Shown here in pieces: positions 1-10,530 of a stretch of 64,000 nt of DNA. A program made the position numbers and the translations under genes. The notes below the pieces were generated by a model. That model did not search any database and was not told the origin of the DNA. It saw nothing but the letters and a program-made list of their open reading frames with translations. Every line of letters begins with the position of its first letter. Within the stretch, counting starts at the first letter, position 1. Origin of the DNA: an uncultured delta proteobacterium (GTDB taxonomy: Bacteria; Desulfobacterota; Syntrophia; Syntrophales; UBA2192); contig CAVPJD010000034.1 in the NCBI GenBank assembly GCA_963705165.1, positions 1 to 64,000 of the forward strand, written 5' to 3'.

Positions 1-755
1 CACGGCCTCGTCCTTCACGGCAGGGATGATCATCAGCGTGGCCCTGCTGGCCACGAAGCGCTGGAGGGGAGTCTTTACCGAGCCGTGGAGCGTCAGCTCC
101 CCCACCATCGGTCGGATCATTAACATCGGCTGGCCGTCGGTTTTCCTGCAAGTCGCCTGGCAGGCCGGGAGCATCGTGCTCTACAATATCCTGTCGCGCC
201 TTGGCGAGGGAACCATTACGGCACTCGCCGCCCTGACCAACGGCCTCAGGATCGAGGCGATCATCTTCCTGCCCGCCTTTGCCCTCAACATGGCCGCCTC
301 GGTCCTTGCCGGGCGGAGCCGGGGCGCAGGCGACCCCGGGCGGGCCGAAAAGCTGGGCTGGAAGACGGCAGGGGCGGGCATGGTCCTGCTCGGCGGGCTT
401 GCCGTCCCCGTCTTTATCTGGGCCGAGGCCTTTGCGTCGATCCTGGCCCGGACACCGGAGGTTCTCGCCGAGACGGCCAACTACCTGCGGATCAACATGG
501 TGTCGGAACCCTTCCTTGCCCTGGGGACCATCCTCTCCGGGGCAATTACCGGTGCAGGCGACACGAGGGCCACGATGTGGATCATCGTGGCCTGCATGTG
601 GGGGTGCGGCTGCCGCTTGCGTATCTCCTGGCAATCACCCTGGACTACGGACCACCGGTGTCTGGGTCTCAATGGTCGTATCCATGATGTGCTACGCCTT
701 TCTCATGGCCCTTCGGTTCCGCGGCGGGCGGTGGAAGCACGTGAGGGTGGACTAG
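1..755 (+). CDS. MATE family efflux transporter, 5'-partial, with two apparent single-base frameshifts near 600-655
   Basis: Multi-TM sequence with MATE motifs (RIEAIIFLPAFALNMAAS, GAITGAGDTRATM). The expected C-terminus (LPLAYLL...GVWVSMVVSM...RFRGGRWK) is split over three frames and ends at TAG 753-755. Confidence 0.85.
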
Positions 756-866
756 ACGCAGGCATCAGGCTCCGGGCGTCAGGAATCGTGATGAAAGAAG
801 AGGGATTGCTTTTCCGGTCCTTCGGGTTGTGGTAGGGTCAATGTGCAACCTGGCAGGAGGTGATCG

Positions 867-1295
867 ATGACCACCGGCGTGACGATTCGGAACATTATTG
901 AAAGGTACCGAAACATCGCCGTCTACGGGATGTCGAAAGATCCGGGCAAGACGGCCTACTGGGTACCCCAGTACTTGGCCAAAAAGGGTTACGACATCAT
1001 CCCCGTGAACCCTACCGGAGAAGTGATCCTGAAGCGCAAGAGCTACCCCGACCTGAAGTCGGTCCCGAAGCGGATCGATGTCGTCCTGGTTTTCCGTCGC
1101 TCCGAGGATGCACTGGAACCCGTCAAGGAGGCCGTGGCGCGAAAAAAAGAACGAGGCGATATCTCCGTTGTCTGGCTCCAGCAGGGGATCCGCAACGAGG
1201 AGGCCCGGAAACTCGCAGAGGAGAATGAAATCGTATTCGTTCAGGACCGGTGCATGTATCATGAGTATCGGATGATCTACCTGATGGACGAATGA
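867..1295 (+). CDS. CoA-binding protein (YccU-like)
   Basis: IAVYGMSKDP, IIPVNP, IDVVLVFRRSE, WLQQGI and VQDRC motifs; AGGAGG RBS. Confidence 0.9.
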   Translation: MTTGVTIRNIIERYRNIAVYGMSKDPGKTAYWVPQYLAKKGYDIIPVNPTGEVILKRKSYPDLKSVPKRIDVVLVFRRSEDALEPVKEAVARKKERGDISVVWLQQGIRNEEARKLAEENEIVFVQDRCMYHEYRMIYLMDE

Positions 1296-1334
1296 GAGTC
1301 TGGTGACCGGGGGTGCTTCAGTTCATCTCCCAGT

Positions 1335-1430
1335 ATCAAGGCTGCGAAGATCGGAGGAGCGGAAGAGCAGAAGAGCGGACCGGATTCTAATTTTTTCCGA
1401 ACTTCCGCTCTTCCTCACTTCCTGACTTCA
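1335..1430. repeat. Paired 8-nt tandem arrays in inverted orientation (GAAGAGCG-like, then TTCCnnAC-like)
   Basis: gaagatcg gaggagcg gaagagca gaagagcg at 1346-1377 and ttccgaac ttccgctc ttcctcac ttcctgac at 1395-1426. A related copy lies at 27929-28035. Confidence 0.75.
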
Positions 1431-1498
1431 CATTCATATCGCTTTGCGTGGCAATCAACGAATAAGCTGCAGCATCTAACTGGTTTAGGGGTGGAAAG

Positions 1499-2164
1499 AT
1501 GTGCGGACGGTTTACCCTCGTGAGTCCCTTTGTCGCCGTCACCGAGCGGTTTCACGCCAAGGCGCCCCCGGATCTTCGTCCCCGTTACAACATCGCGCCG
1601 GGCCAGGAAGTCCTCTGCGTCGTCCGTGACGGGGAAAACCGCATCGAGCCCCTCCGGTGGGGCCTCATCCCGTTCTGGGCGAAGGATCCCGCCATCAGCA
1701 ACCGTCTCATCAACGCCCGCGCCGAGACGGTGGCCGAAAAACCCAGCTTCCGCAGCGCCTTTGCGAAGCGCCGCTGTCTCGTTGTGGCAGACGGGTTTTA
1801 CGAGTGGCGCCCGGCGGGAAAGCGCAAGGTGCCCGTCTATATTTTTCTGAAATCTAAAAAAGCGTTTGGTTTCGCTGGCCTCTACGAAAGCTGGAAGGAC
1901 CCTGGCGGAAGAGAGATCCGCACCTGCACGATCATTACGACCGAGGCAAACGAGATCGTGCGGCCCATCCACGACCGTATGCCCGTAATCCTGCCCGAGG
2001 GTGTCGAGGATCGCTGGCTCGATCCCGGAGAAGGCAGTCGCGAGAGGCTCCAAGCCCTGCTGGCGCCCTATCCGGCCGAAGAAATGGATGCCTTCGACGT
2101 AACCCCCATCGTGAACAGCGCCGGCCACGACGCGCTGGATTGCATCGCCCCCGCCCAGTCGTAG
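1499..2164 (+). CDS. SOS response-associated peptidase (SRAP/YedK/HMCES family), abasic-site protection
   Basis: N-terminal MCGRF, RYNIAPGQ, RWGLIP, INARAET, GFYEW, IHDRMPVIL. Confidence 0.95.
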   Translation: MCGRFTLVSPFVAVTERFHAKAPPDLRPRYNIAPGQEVLCVVRDGENRIEPLRWGLIPFWAKDPAISNRLINARAETVAEKPSFRSAFAKRRCLVVADGFYEWRPAGKRKVPVYIFLKSKKAFGFAGLYESWKDPGGREIRTCTIITTEANEIVRPIHDRMPVILPEGVEDRWLDPGEGSRERLQALLAPYPAEEMDAFDVTPIVNSAGHDALDCIAPAQS

Positions 2165-2461
2165 AAAAACATGACATTAATGTCGTAAACGGATGACAAA
2201 AGGGTCGCTCCCCGGGAAGGTCCTGTTTTCGGAACTTCCGGGGGATGACCTCTTGATGCCGAGGGGCTCATTGCAGCCGGGCGGTGACATTCTGTCGCTG
2301 CCGCCTGTCTTCGGCCTGCCGGGCATGATTAAATATTATTCTTTATAATCGATGGGTTTGGACGAAAAAGGGATGAATCTCATCCCTGGCAGAACGCTTG
2401 CTTAGTCTTTGTATGGAAACTGTCCCTGTTCTTTAACGTTGATGAGTCAAAGGAGATTCCT

Positions 2462-3031
2462 TTGTCGGGAAAGATTCAGTGGGAGACAGACTTGAAAAGA
2501 GCCCTGGAGCGAGCAGGCTCCGAGGGGAAGTCCGTTCTGCTATTCTTTCACAACCCGGCTTGAATAGGCTGCCAACAGATGGATGCCGTGACGTATCCAG
2601 ATGAAAAGGTGGTCGATTTTATCGGGAAAAACGTTATTCCGCTGAAACTGTCATTTGACGCGAAACCGATGGCGGATGACTACAACGTCAAGTGGACGCC
2701 GACGCTCATTACAATAAACGGCGGGGGCAAGGAGCATCACCGGACGGTCGGATTCCTGCCGCCGGAGGAGTTGATCCCTTCGCTCATGCTCGGGATCGGA
2801 AAGGTTCATTTCGATGCCGAACGAATCGGCGAGGCCTTGAAGTATTTTGAAAATATTGTGAAGGAGTTTCCACGAAGCGACTCAACGGCAGAAGCGCTGT
2901 ATTTCAAGGGGGTCAGCGAGTACAAGAACACGCACGACGCGAAACCCCTCAAAATGGCTTACGAGCGGCTCCAGGCCGAATATCCGACGAGTATGTGGAC
3001 GAAACGCGCTTATCCTTACAGACTGTTGTGA
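2462..3031 (+). CDS. Putative selenoprotein: thioredoxin-fold (U-x-x-C) protein with C-terminal TPR-like helices, 189 aa
   Basis: AGGAG RBS at 2451-2455 and TTG start at 2462. The frame reads ...KSVLLFFHNPA-TGA(2561-2563)-IGCQQMDAVTYPD and is in frame with ORF 2579..3031. cis-Pro motif WTPT is present, with a SECIS-like hairpin downstream of the TGA. Confidence 0.85.
2580..2599 (+). promoter_or_regulatory. Candidate bacterial SECIS hairpin
   Basis: TGGATGC-CGTGAC-GTATCCA: 7-bp stem with one G-U pair and a 6-nt loop containing GU. The loop starts about 24 nt after the UGA. Confidence 0.65.
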
Positions 3032-3064
3032 GGATATCGACATACAGTTTCCCTCCCCTTCCTC

Positions 3065-3114
3065 CTCGCCCTGTGCAGTCCCCGCCTTAACTGCATTGGG
3101 CGAGAACTTTTTTT
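3065..3114 (+). terminator. Probable rho-independent terminator
   Basis: ctcgccctgtgcagt / actgcattgggcgag stem followed by a T7 run. Confidence 0.65.
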
Positions 3115-3164
3115 ACCCCATCCCCATTTTTATCCCGAGTCAGGATTCCTGAATCTCTCTCTTC

Positions 3165-3246
3165 ACCCAGACACTCAAACACTCAAGCACATCTTACACG
3201 TCACTTCTTTGCACTGATCACTGGCCACTGAACACTGACCACTGCC
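3165..3246. repeat. 8-nt (cactcaaa-like) and 7-nt (cactgnn x5) tandem arrays
   Basis: cactgat cactggc cactgaa cactgac cactgcc at 3212-3246, abutting the copA stop codon. Confidence 0.7.
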
Positions 3247-3247
3247 T

Positions 3248-5704
3248 TCAGGACCATCGCAGCCGCAGCGAGTTCGTCACGACGGACACCGAACTGAGCG
3301 CCATGGCGATGGCGGCGTAGACGGGGTTGAGCAGGACCCCGAAGAAAGGGTAGAGGATGCCCGCGGCGATGGGGATCCCGATGACGTTGTAGATAAAGGC
3401 CCAGAAGAGATTCTGCCGGATGGTCTGCATGGTCCGGAAGGAAAGCTTGATAGCCTCGGGCACGGCCCGCAGGTCGTCGCGGATGAGGGTGATGTCGGAG
3501 GCCTCGATGGCCACGTCGGTCCCCGCTCCGATGGCGATGCCGATGTCGGCGGCCGAGAGTGCCGGGGCGTCGTTGATCCCGTCGCCCACCATGGCCACGA
3601 TCTCGCCCTGGGCCATCAGACGGTTGATCTCCCGGGCTTTCCCGCCGGGCAGGACCTCGGCGAGCACCCGGTCGATGCCGAGGATAGTGCCCATGGCCCG
3701 GGCGGTGCCCTCGTTGTCTCCTGTGATCATGGCCACCTTGAGACCCATCTCTTTGAGGGCCTTCACTGTCTCAGCGGCCGTGTCTTTCGCGACATCGGAC
3801 AGGGCGATGATGCCGGCCACCGCTCCCCCCTCGGCCACGTAGACGCAGGTCTTGGCCTCCGAGGAAAGCCGCATACCCGTTTCAGCAAGGCCGTTGAAAC
3901 TCAATTGCTCCTGCTCGATCAGTTTCTGATTGCCGAGAAGAAGCGGTGCGCCGTTGAGGACGGCCCTTGCACCGAGACCGGAGAGGGCCTCGAAACCCTC
4001 GACGGGCTCCGGACGGATTCCCTCGTCCCTCGCCTTCTCGACGATGGCCCTTGCAAGAGGATGCTCCGACAAATCCTCCACGGAGGCGGCGATCCGGAGC
4101 ACGTGGCTCTTCGTCATGCCGGGGGCCGTGACGATGTCGGTCACGCGGGGCTCGCCCACGGTGAGGGTCCCCGTTTTGTCGAAGACGATCATGGTGAGCC
4201 GGTGAGCCTTCTCCAGGCTCTCGCCCCCCTTGATGAGAATCCCCTTCTCGGCGCCGATCCCCGTTCCCACCATGACGGCCGTCGGTGTCGCCAGTCCCAT
4301 GGCGCAGGGGCAGGCGATGATGAGGACGGAGACGAAGTTGAGCAGGGCCCGCGTGAAGACGGGGTCCGGGACGAAGAAAGCCCAGACGATGAAGGTGATC
4401 GCGGCGATGGCCATGACGGCGGGCACGAAGACGGCGGCCACGCGGTCGGCGATCCGCTGAATGGGCGCCTTGGAGCCCTGGGCCTCCTCGACAAGGCGGA
4501 TGATCTGGGCAAGGGCAGTCTCGGCGCCGATCTTTGTTGCCCGGAAGGTAAAGCTTCCGCTCTTGTTGATCGTGGCCCCGAAAACCTCGATCCCGGGCTC
4601 CTTCGTGACGGGCATGCTCTCGCCGGTGAGCATGGACTCGTCGACGGCGGAGGCTCCTGTCAGGACGACGCCGTCCGTGGGGATCTTCTCACCGGGCCGC
4701 ACGAGGATCTCGTCGCCCTTCATGACCTCTTCGACGGGGATGTCCGCCGGCTGGCCATCCCGGATCACGCGCGCCGTCCTGGGCCTCAGGCCCACGAGGC
4801 GCTTGATCGCCTGGGAGGTCTTTCCCTTCGTCCGCGCCTCCAGGAGCCGGCCCAATACGATGAAGCTGACGATGAAAGCCGCCCCGTCATAATAGACGTG
4901 GAGACCCATCCCCGCGTGGGTGAAGACGGCCGGGAAAAAGGTGGCCAGCGCCGAGTAGAGATAGGCCGAGAGAGCCCCCATGGACACCAGCGTGTTCATG
5001 TCGGAGGTCTTCTGCTTCAGCGCCTTCAGGGCCCCCGTGTGAAAGCGGCTGCCCACCCAGAAGACGACGGGTGTCGTCAGGGCAAAGAGGATATAGAGCA
5101 TTGCCTGGCGGGGGATGGAGCCGAGGAAAGGGAACCACTCCTGCATGGTCCCCATGAAGATGATCACACTGAGGATGATGCCGGCGATAAACTTGACGGT
5201 AAGCTCCCGAAGCTCCTTCTCGCGGGCCTTTTCGATGGGGTCCTCCCGCGTGGCATCGAGAACGCCGAGATACTCGTACCCGGCCTCGGTGACGGCCTTG
5301 CGCAACCCGCCCGCGCCTGCCCAGTCGGCACCGTGGGTCACCGTCCCGCGGCCCGTGGCCAGGTTCACGGCGGCCTCGGCAACACCGGGCACGTCCTTCA
5401 GGGCCATCTCGACTCGCCGCACGCAGGCCGCGCAGGTCATCCCGCCGATGGAGACGGTCGTTTTCTGCATGGCCCCGGGGCCTGCCTGTTCCCGGGAGAC
5501 CACCTCGTAACCCAGGTCGCGAACCTTCTCGGCCATCGCGTCGGGACTTGCCGCCGCCGGGTCATACTCCACGACGGCCTTCCCGGTGGCGAAGTTGACG
5601 GAGGCGTTCTTCACGCCCTCGATGGATCTCAGGCCTTCCTCCACGCGCCGCACGCAGGCGGCGCAGGACATGCCCGAGATGCCGAGTGTGATCTTCTCAG
5701 GCAA
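3248..5704 (-). CDS. copA: Copper-translocating P1B-type ATPase
   Basis: Two GMxCxxC HMA domains, [25 protein letters not shown], and YN and MALSS TM motifs. Confidence 0.97.
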   Translation of the reverse strand: MPEKITLGISGMSCAACVRRVEEGLRSIEGVKNASVNFATGKAVVEYDPAAASPDAMAEKVRDLGYEVVSREQAGPGAMQKTTVSIGGMTCAACVRRVEMALKDVPGVAEAAVNLATGRGTVTHGADWAGAGGLRKAVTEAGYEYLGVLDATREDPIEKAREKELRELTVKFIAGIILSVIIFMGTMQEWFPFLGSIPRQAMLYILFALTTPVVFWVGSRFHTGALKALKQKTSDMNTLVSMGALSAYLYSALATFFPAVFTHAGMGLHVYYDGAAFIVSFIVLGRLLEARTKGKTSQAIKRLVGLRPRTARVIRDGQPADIPVEEVMKGDEILVRPGEKIPTDGVVLTGASAVDESMLTGESMPVTKEPGIEVFGATINKSGSFTFRATKIGAETALAQIIRLVEEAQGSKAPIQRIADRVAAVFVPAVMAIAAITFIVWAFFVPDPVFTRALLNFVSVLIIACPCAMGLATPTAVMVGTGIGAEKGILIKGGESLEKAHRLTMIVFDKTGTLTVGEPRVTDIVTAPGMTKSHVLRIAASVEDLSEHPLARAIVEKARDEGIRPEPVEGFEALSGLGARAVLNGAPLLLGNQKLIEQEQLSFNGLAETGMRLSSEAKTCVYVAEGGAVAGIIALSDVAKDTAAETVKALKEMGLKVAMITGDNEGTARAMGTILGIDRVLAEVLPGGKAREINRLMAQGEIVAMVGDGINDAPALSAADIGIAIGAGTDVAIEASDITLIRDDLRAVPEAIKLSFRTMQTIRQNLFWAFIYNVIGIPIAAGILYPFFGVLLNPVYAAIAMALSSVSVVTNSLRLRWS

Positions 5705-5894
5705 CTTCGAACCCCGCTTTCCTGATGCGCTCGCCGATGACGTTGCGGTCTACAGGCGTTGCCTCATCGAAGGTCGCCTCGCCCTTCGCGAGGTCCACCT
5801 TCACGTTGCTGACCCCGTCGATGCCGCTTAATGCCTTCGTGACGGCCATGACGCAGTGGTTGCAGGACATTCCCTTGATCCGGACGGTGGCCAT
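5697..5894 (-). CDS. copZ: Copper chaperone (HMA domain), 65 aa
   Basis: GMSCNHC motif. ATG at 5894 follows a GGAGAG RBS and the gene overlaps the copA start. Confidence 0.92.
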   Translation of the reverse strand: MATVRIKGMSCNHCVMAVTKALSGIDGVSNVKVDLAKGEATFDEATPVDRNVIGERIRKAGFEVA

Positions 5895-6037
5895 TTCGCT
5901 CTCCTTCCATTGAAGCTCCTTTTTTTTATTATAAGCACGGAATGCGTGGATGCCAAACAGAAAACATTTGCTCTTCCAGACGCTTATGCTAAAAAAGGAC
6001 AATTCAATTATCAAGGACGAAGCCGTTATGAAATACC

Positions 6038-6463
6038 TTGCAGAAACTCGAGTTTATCGTGGTCAGGGCCCTGATCGTCATGATGGCCCTGGTGGTCCTG
6101 TTTGCCTCCCTGGATCTTGCCTGGATCATCATCCGGGACCTCAGCACGCCCCCGTATCTGCTTTTCGACGTCAACCGCCTGCTCGAAATCTTCGGGATGT
6201 TCCTGCTGGTGCTCATCGGGATCGAGCTGCTGGAGTCGATCCGGATGTACCTGGACCACAAGCTCGTTCACGTTGAGGTCGTCATGACGGTGGCCATCAT
6301 CGCGATTGCCCGCAAGGTGATCATCCTCGACGTGAAGGAACTCGATGGCCTCAAGCTCATCGGCATCGGCGTGATTATCATTGCCCTGGCCGGCGGCTAC
6401 ATCTTTATCAAGCGCTGCTACCGGGACGGGACCATCTGTGTGCCGGAGAGACGGGAGGAGTAA
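6038..6463 (+). CDS. Phosphate-starvation-inducible PsiE-like membrane protein
   Basis: Four TM segments with LLVLIGIELLESI and IAIARKVIILD. The start is uncertain. Confidence 0.85.
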   Translation: MQKLEFIVVRALIVMMALVVLFASLDLAWIIIRDLSTPPYLLFDVNRLLEIFGMFLLVLIGIELLESIRMYLDHKLVHVEVVMTVAIIAIARKVIILDVKELDGLKLIGIGVIIIALAGGYIFIKRCYRDGTICVPERREE

Positions 6464-6546
6464 AACCGCTTTGAAATCGTGGGAATTTCGGTTATAGTGC
6501 GGCCTGTTTTCCCGTTTAACCAACGAAAGAGGAGGGATGAGGGGAT

Positions 6547-7854
6547 ATGATCTACAACGAAGAATTCGAGACACTGCCCCGCGAGGCACTGGAGGCGTTG
6601 CAGGTCAAGAGGCTCCAGCAGGTGGTCCAGCGCGTCTATCACACCGTGGGCTTCTACAAGCGGACCTTCGACAACGCAGGCATCAAGCCCGACGACATCA
6701 AGTCCCTCGACGATCTGAAACGGCTCCCCTTCACGACCAAGCAGGACCTGCGGGACAATTACCCATACGGCCTCTTCGCCGTCCCCATGTCGAGTGTCGT
6801 CCGGGTCCATGCCTCCTCGGGCACCACGGGCCGCTCCACCGTCGTGGGCTACACGAAGCGCGACATCGACACCTGGTCCGAGCTCATGGCCCGGTGCTTC
6901 GTCATGGCGGGTCTCACGAAGAACGACATCATCCACAACGCTTACGGCTACGGCCTCTTCACGGGCGGCCTCGGGGCCCACTACGGGGCCGAGCGGCTGG
7001 GTGCCAGTGTCATCCCCATGTCGGGCGGCAACACGAAGCGCCAGATCATGATCCTCCAGGACTTCGGTCCCACGGCCATCTGCGCCACCCCCTCCTATAC
7101 GCTCTACCTGGCCGAGCAGGGCGAGGAGATGGGCGTCGACATGCGCTCCCTGAAGCTGCGCGTGGGCATCCTGGGCGCCGAGCCCTGGAGCGAGAAGATG
7201 CGCGAGGAAATCGAGAGCAAGCTCAACATCACGGCCCTCGACATCTACGGGCTCTCCGAGGTCATGGGGCCCGGCGTCTCCATGGAGTGCATCGAGGCCA
7301 AGCAGGGCCTCCACGTCTACGAGGATCACTTCATCGCCGAGATCATCAACCCCGAGACGGGCGAGTCGGTGCCCGAGGGTGAGGTCGGCGAGCTCGTCTT
7401 CACGACGATCACCAAGGAGGCCTTTCCGCTCATCCGCTACCGCACGCGCGATGTCTCGCGGCTCGTCAAGGCGCCCTGCAAGTGCGGCCGCACCCACGTC
7501 CGCATGGACCGCGTCACGGGCCGCAGCGACGACATGCTCATCATCCGCGGGGTGAATGTCTACCCCTCCCAGATCGAGGGCGTGCTGCTCAACATCCCGG
7601 GTCTCGAGCCCCACTACATGCTCATCGTGGACCGCGAGGGCAACCTGGACACCCTGGAGGTCCAGGTCGAGGTGGGCGAGAAGTTCTTCTCCGAGACGGG
7701 CGAAGTGAAGGTCCTCCAGGAGATCAGCCGGCGCATCTCGAAGGACATCAAGGACTACCTGGGCGTCTCGACCAAGGTAAAGCTCGTGGAGCCCAAGACG
7801 ATCCAGCGTTTCGAGGGCAAGGCGAAACGCGTCATCGACAAGCGCAACATCTGA
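6547..7854 (+). CDS. paaK: Phenylacetate-CoA ligase
   Basis: [52 protein letters not shown]. Confidence 0.95.
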   Translation: MIYNEEFETLPREALEALQVKRLQQVVQRVYHTVGFYKRTFDNAGIKPDDIKSLDDLKRLPFTTKQDLRDNYPYGLFAVPMSSVVRVHASSGTTGRSTVVGYTKRDIDTWSELMARCFVMAGLTKNDIIHNAYGYGLFTGGLGAHYGAERLGASVIPMSGGNTKRQIMILQDFGPTAICATPSYTLYLAEQGEEMGVDMRSLKLRVGILGAEPWSEKMREEIESKLNITALDIYGLSEVMGPGVSMECIEAKQGLHVYEDHFIAEIINPETGESVPEGEVGELVFTTITKEAFPLIRYRTRDVSRLVKAPCKCGRTHVRMDRVTGRSDDMLIIRGVNVYPSQIEGVLLNIPGLEPHYMLIVDREGNLDTLEVQVEVGEKFFSETGEVKVLQEISRRISKDIKDYLGVSTKVKLVEPKTIQRFEGKAKRVIDKRNI

Positions 7855-7877
7855 GACCGAGCAAAGGGGGTGCATCC

Positions 7878-8312
7878 ATGAACAAGGTCGAGCAGATTTC
7901 CATATTCCTCGAGAACAAGCCGGGCGGGCTGGAGTTGGTGACACGGGTCCTGAGGGATGCCGCTATCAACATCCGGGCGCTGTCGCTTGCCGACACCTCC
8001 GATTTCGGGGTGCTTCGCCTGATCGTCAACGACGCGGAGAAGGCCAAACAGGTTTTAAAAGAAAATGGCTTTACCGTCGGCCGCACGAGTGTCGTCGCCG
8101 TGCTGGTCCCCGACCGACCGGGCGGACTTCACGGCATCCTCGAGGCGTTATCGAAGGAGAATGTCAACGTCGAGTACATGTATGCCTACGTCGAACGAAG
8201 CGGCGAGAACGCCATCATCATCTTCCGATTCAACGCGACGGACCGCGCCATCGAAATCCTGACGAAGAGCGGGTTCACGGTGTTACCGGGGGAGAAGGTA
8301 TACAGCCTCTAG
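7878..8312 (+). CDS. ACT domain protein (tandem ACT)
   Basis: [38 protein letters not shown]; typical paaK neighbour. Confidence 0.92.
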   Translation: MNKVEQISIFLENKPGGLELVTRVLRDAAINIRALSLADTSDFGVLRLIVNDAEKAKQVLKENGFTVGRTSVVAVLVPDRPGGLHGILEALSKENVNVEYMYAYVERSGENAIIIFRFNATDRAIEILTKSGFTVLPGEKVYSL

Positions 8313-8330
8313 AAACCCCTTCCTTGATTT

Positions 8331-8368
8331 CCCTCTCCCCCACGAGGGAGAGGGCAGGGGTGAGGGGG
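8331..8368. repeat. BoxC/REP-like palindrome
   Basis: ccctctccc-ccacga-gggagaggg followed by ggggtgagggg. Confidence 0.6.
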
Positions 8369-8428
8369 ACTATCCCCGTACCTTTAAAGGGGTGTCGGGT
8401 CTAGGGTCTCGGGAATCGAGTGTTGAGA

Positions 8429-8476
8429 AAATCCCCCTCGTTCCCCCTTTTACAAAGGGGGATGATAGGGGGATTT
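8429..8476. repeat. Nested C-rich/G-rich REP-like palindrome
   Basis: aaatccccct...tccccctttt aca aaggggga...agggggattt. Confidence 0.6.
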
Positions 8477-8496
8477 GATTTTTGGGGGAGTGCGAC

Positions 8497-8916
8497 ATGA
8501 GCGAAAAGGTCTTCGAAGCCCTGCGCGAGCGGGTGAAGAGCGAGCCCTATGCGAAGATGCTGGGGCTCGAACTCGTGAAGGTCGAGAGCGGCTACGCGCT
8601 GATCCGGATGGCCTTTACGGAGAGACACCACAACATTTACGGCCGCTGCCACGGCGGGGCCATCTTCTCGCTCATCGACGAGGCCTTCCAGATCGCCTCA
8701 AACTCCAGCGGGAAAATCGAGATCGCCCTCAACGTCAGCGTTTCCTACATGAAAGCCCCCCGGGACGGCGATGTCCTCACGGCCGAGGCAAAGCTCGTCG
8801 ACAGCTCCCGCCGGATCAGTCATTTCCTCATCGAGGTCCGCAATGCAGCGGGCGATCTCATGGCCTCCTGCCAGGCCACGGCCTACCGCCGCGACGAGCC
8901 CCTGCCGTTCTTGTAA
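8497..8916 (+). CDS. PaaI family hotdog-fold thioesterase
   Basis: HNIYGRCHGGAIFSLID motif. Confidence 0.9.
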   Translation: MSEKVFEALRERVKSEPYAKMLGLELVKVESGYALIRMAFTERHHNIYGRCHGGAIFSLIDEAFQIASNSSGKIEIALNVSVSYMKAPRDGDVLTAEAKLVDSSRRISHFLIEVRNAAGDLMASCQATAYRRDEPLPFL

Positions 8917-9115
8917 GAGCCCAATCCCCCTTTCCATCTCAGCTGTTCATCCTGCCCGTTGCTGATCTCCGTTCAAGAACTTCACCGAGTAATATTGCCT
9001 GGAATTGTCTTGACTTTCTCTGGATTGAGCGCATGCTGAAACTGCCAATGTAATAGATGTCGATCAAAACGATGATGACCTCTCTTCCCATTTAGGAAAA
9101 TCACCGGGAAAATTG

Positions 9116-9154
9116 AAGCCCTGTCCATTACAATGCGACAGGGCTTTTTGTTTT
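9116..9154 (+). terminator. Rho-independent terminator-like hairpin
   Basis: aagccctgtc / gacagggctt 10-bp stem followed by a T-rich tail. Confidence 0.7.
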
Positions 9155-9196
9155 CAGGGATTCGAAAAGAAGTCTGCAGAAGGAAGGAGCACGGTT

Positions 9197-9391
9197 ATGG
9201 CAATGGTCGCGGACACAGAGGAAAGGGTTCGGGAAATCGGGATCAAGAAATCATCGAACATGGAAGCTAGTATTGTCGACACCATGCGTCGATATTTCAC
9301 GGTGAGTCCCGGGACAGAGAGGAATAATCTGGAAATCGCCATAATCGATGCCACAAAACGATATTTTGAGGCGAATACCGCCAGTTCATGA
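9197..9391 (+). CDS. Small hypothetical protein (about 64 aa)
   Basis: GAAGGAG RBS upstream of the ATG. No family recognised. Confidence 0.5.
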   Translation: MAMVADTEERVREIGIKKSSNMEASIVDTMRRYFTVSPGTERNNLEIAIIDATKRYFEANTASS

Positions 9392-9555
9392 AGGCTTTAG
9401 AAATAATCGGCATGGTGTGATCGGGGATCTAACCGAGGTGGCATTAAGATGTTTGCTGCTGCTCTTTCGTACCCATCTTACATCCCATCAGGCATTTCGA
9501 AGTTCAAAATCAACCTTTCCCCTGTGGCGCTTTATGAATAGTATTGAGATTATGT

Positions 9556-10405
9556 CTGTACCGGGGCGAAGAGTTGGACTTCGAGTTGGAGCACTCGGTC
9601 TACGCCCTGGACTCCACGACGATCGATCTGTGCCTGTCGCTCTTCCCCTGGGCCACGTTCCGCAAGACCAAAGGAGCCATCAAGCTTCACACGCTTCTGG
9701 ATCTGCGGGGATCGATTCCGACCTTTGTCAGCCTGACCCCGGGCAACGTGCACGATGTCAAGCTCCTGGATACCGTACCCCTGCAGAAGGAGTCCATCGT
9801 GGCGCTCGATCGCGGCTACACGGACTTCCGCAGGCTCTACGCCGTCCATCGGCAGCCGGCCTTCTTCGTGATCCGGGCCAAGAGCAATCTGCGCTGCCGG
9901 CGTCTGAGCTCGCGGCCGGTCCCAAAACCCGTCCGTGCCGATCAGACCATCGTGCTCACGACACCCCGCTCCCGAGAGGCCTATCCGGAGGCCCTGCGGC
10001 GCGTCTCCTACGTGGAGCCCGACACGAAAAAGCGGCTCGTGTTCCTGACCAACATCTTCACGATCCCGGCGCAGACCGTGGCGGACATCTTCAAGCTGCG
10101 CTGGCAGATCGAGCTGTTCTTCAGATGGATCAAGCAGCACCTGCGGATCAAATCCTTCTTCGGAACGTCGGCCAATGCTGTCAAAACCCAGGTCTGGGTG
10201 GCTCTATGCATCTATCTGCTCGTGGCCATCATGAAAAAGCGGCTCAATCTTCCCGGCAGTCTTCACACGCTGTTGCAAATCCTGGAGGTCAATCTCTTCG
10301 AGAAAAAGCCCGTCCAGCAACTGGTTCGAGACGCCATGAAGCAAATTACAGAACCCGAAATCAGCAACCAAGCGGATTTATTCAAACCTTAACCGGACAG
10401 TACTG
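9556..10405 (+). mobile_element. IS4-family transposase, 5'-truncated, with right-end terminal sequence
   Basis: DDE motifs ALDSTTIDL, KLHTLLDL, LDRGYTD and RWQIELFFRWIKQHL; stop at 10392. The terminus ttaaccggacagtactg lies at 10389-10405. The N-terminal region and left end are absent. Confidence 0.9.
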
Positions 10406-10530
10406 AGTAGAAATATCGATATCTTTTGTCTCCGGTGCACTCCTTCCGCTTTGCTTCAGACAAAAAGATTTCGCGACCACCCCTTCAACCAACCTTTTAA
10501 CCGGCAAACTCAGAGTAAGGAGCAAGGACC

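Noticed and set aside
1293..1295. Other TGA stops (1293, 7852, 20048, 22999) as Sec codons
   Set aside because: Each falls at the natural C-terminus of its family with no Cys-equivalent motif.
2171..2186. ATGACA-TTAA-TGTCGT imperfect palindrome, with a similar one near 2284-2298
   Set aside because: Could be a regulator site, but it is short and cannot be assigned to any factor from sequence alone.
3905..5725. 606-aa plus-strand ORF
   Set aside because: Antisense shadow of copA. The same applies to the long ORFs opposite paaK, purL, the histidine kinase and the fab genes.
9348..10406. 352-aa ORF overlapping the transposase as a frameshift partner
   Set aside because: No transposase motifs in this frame, and IS4 elements use a single ORF.
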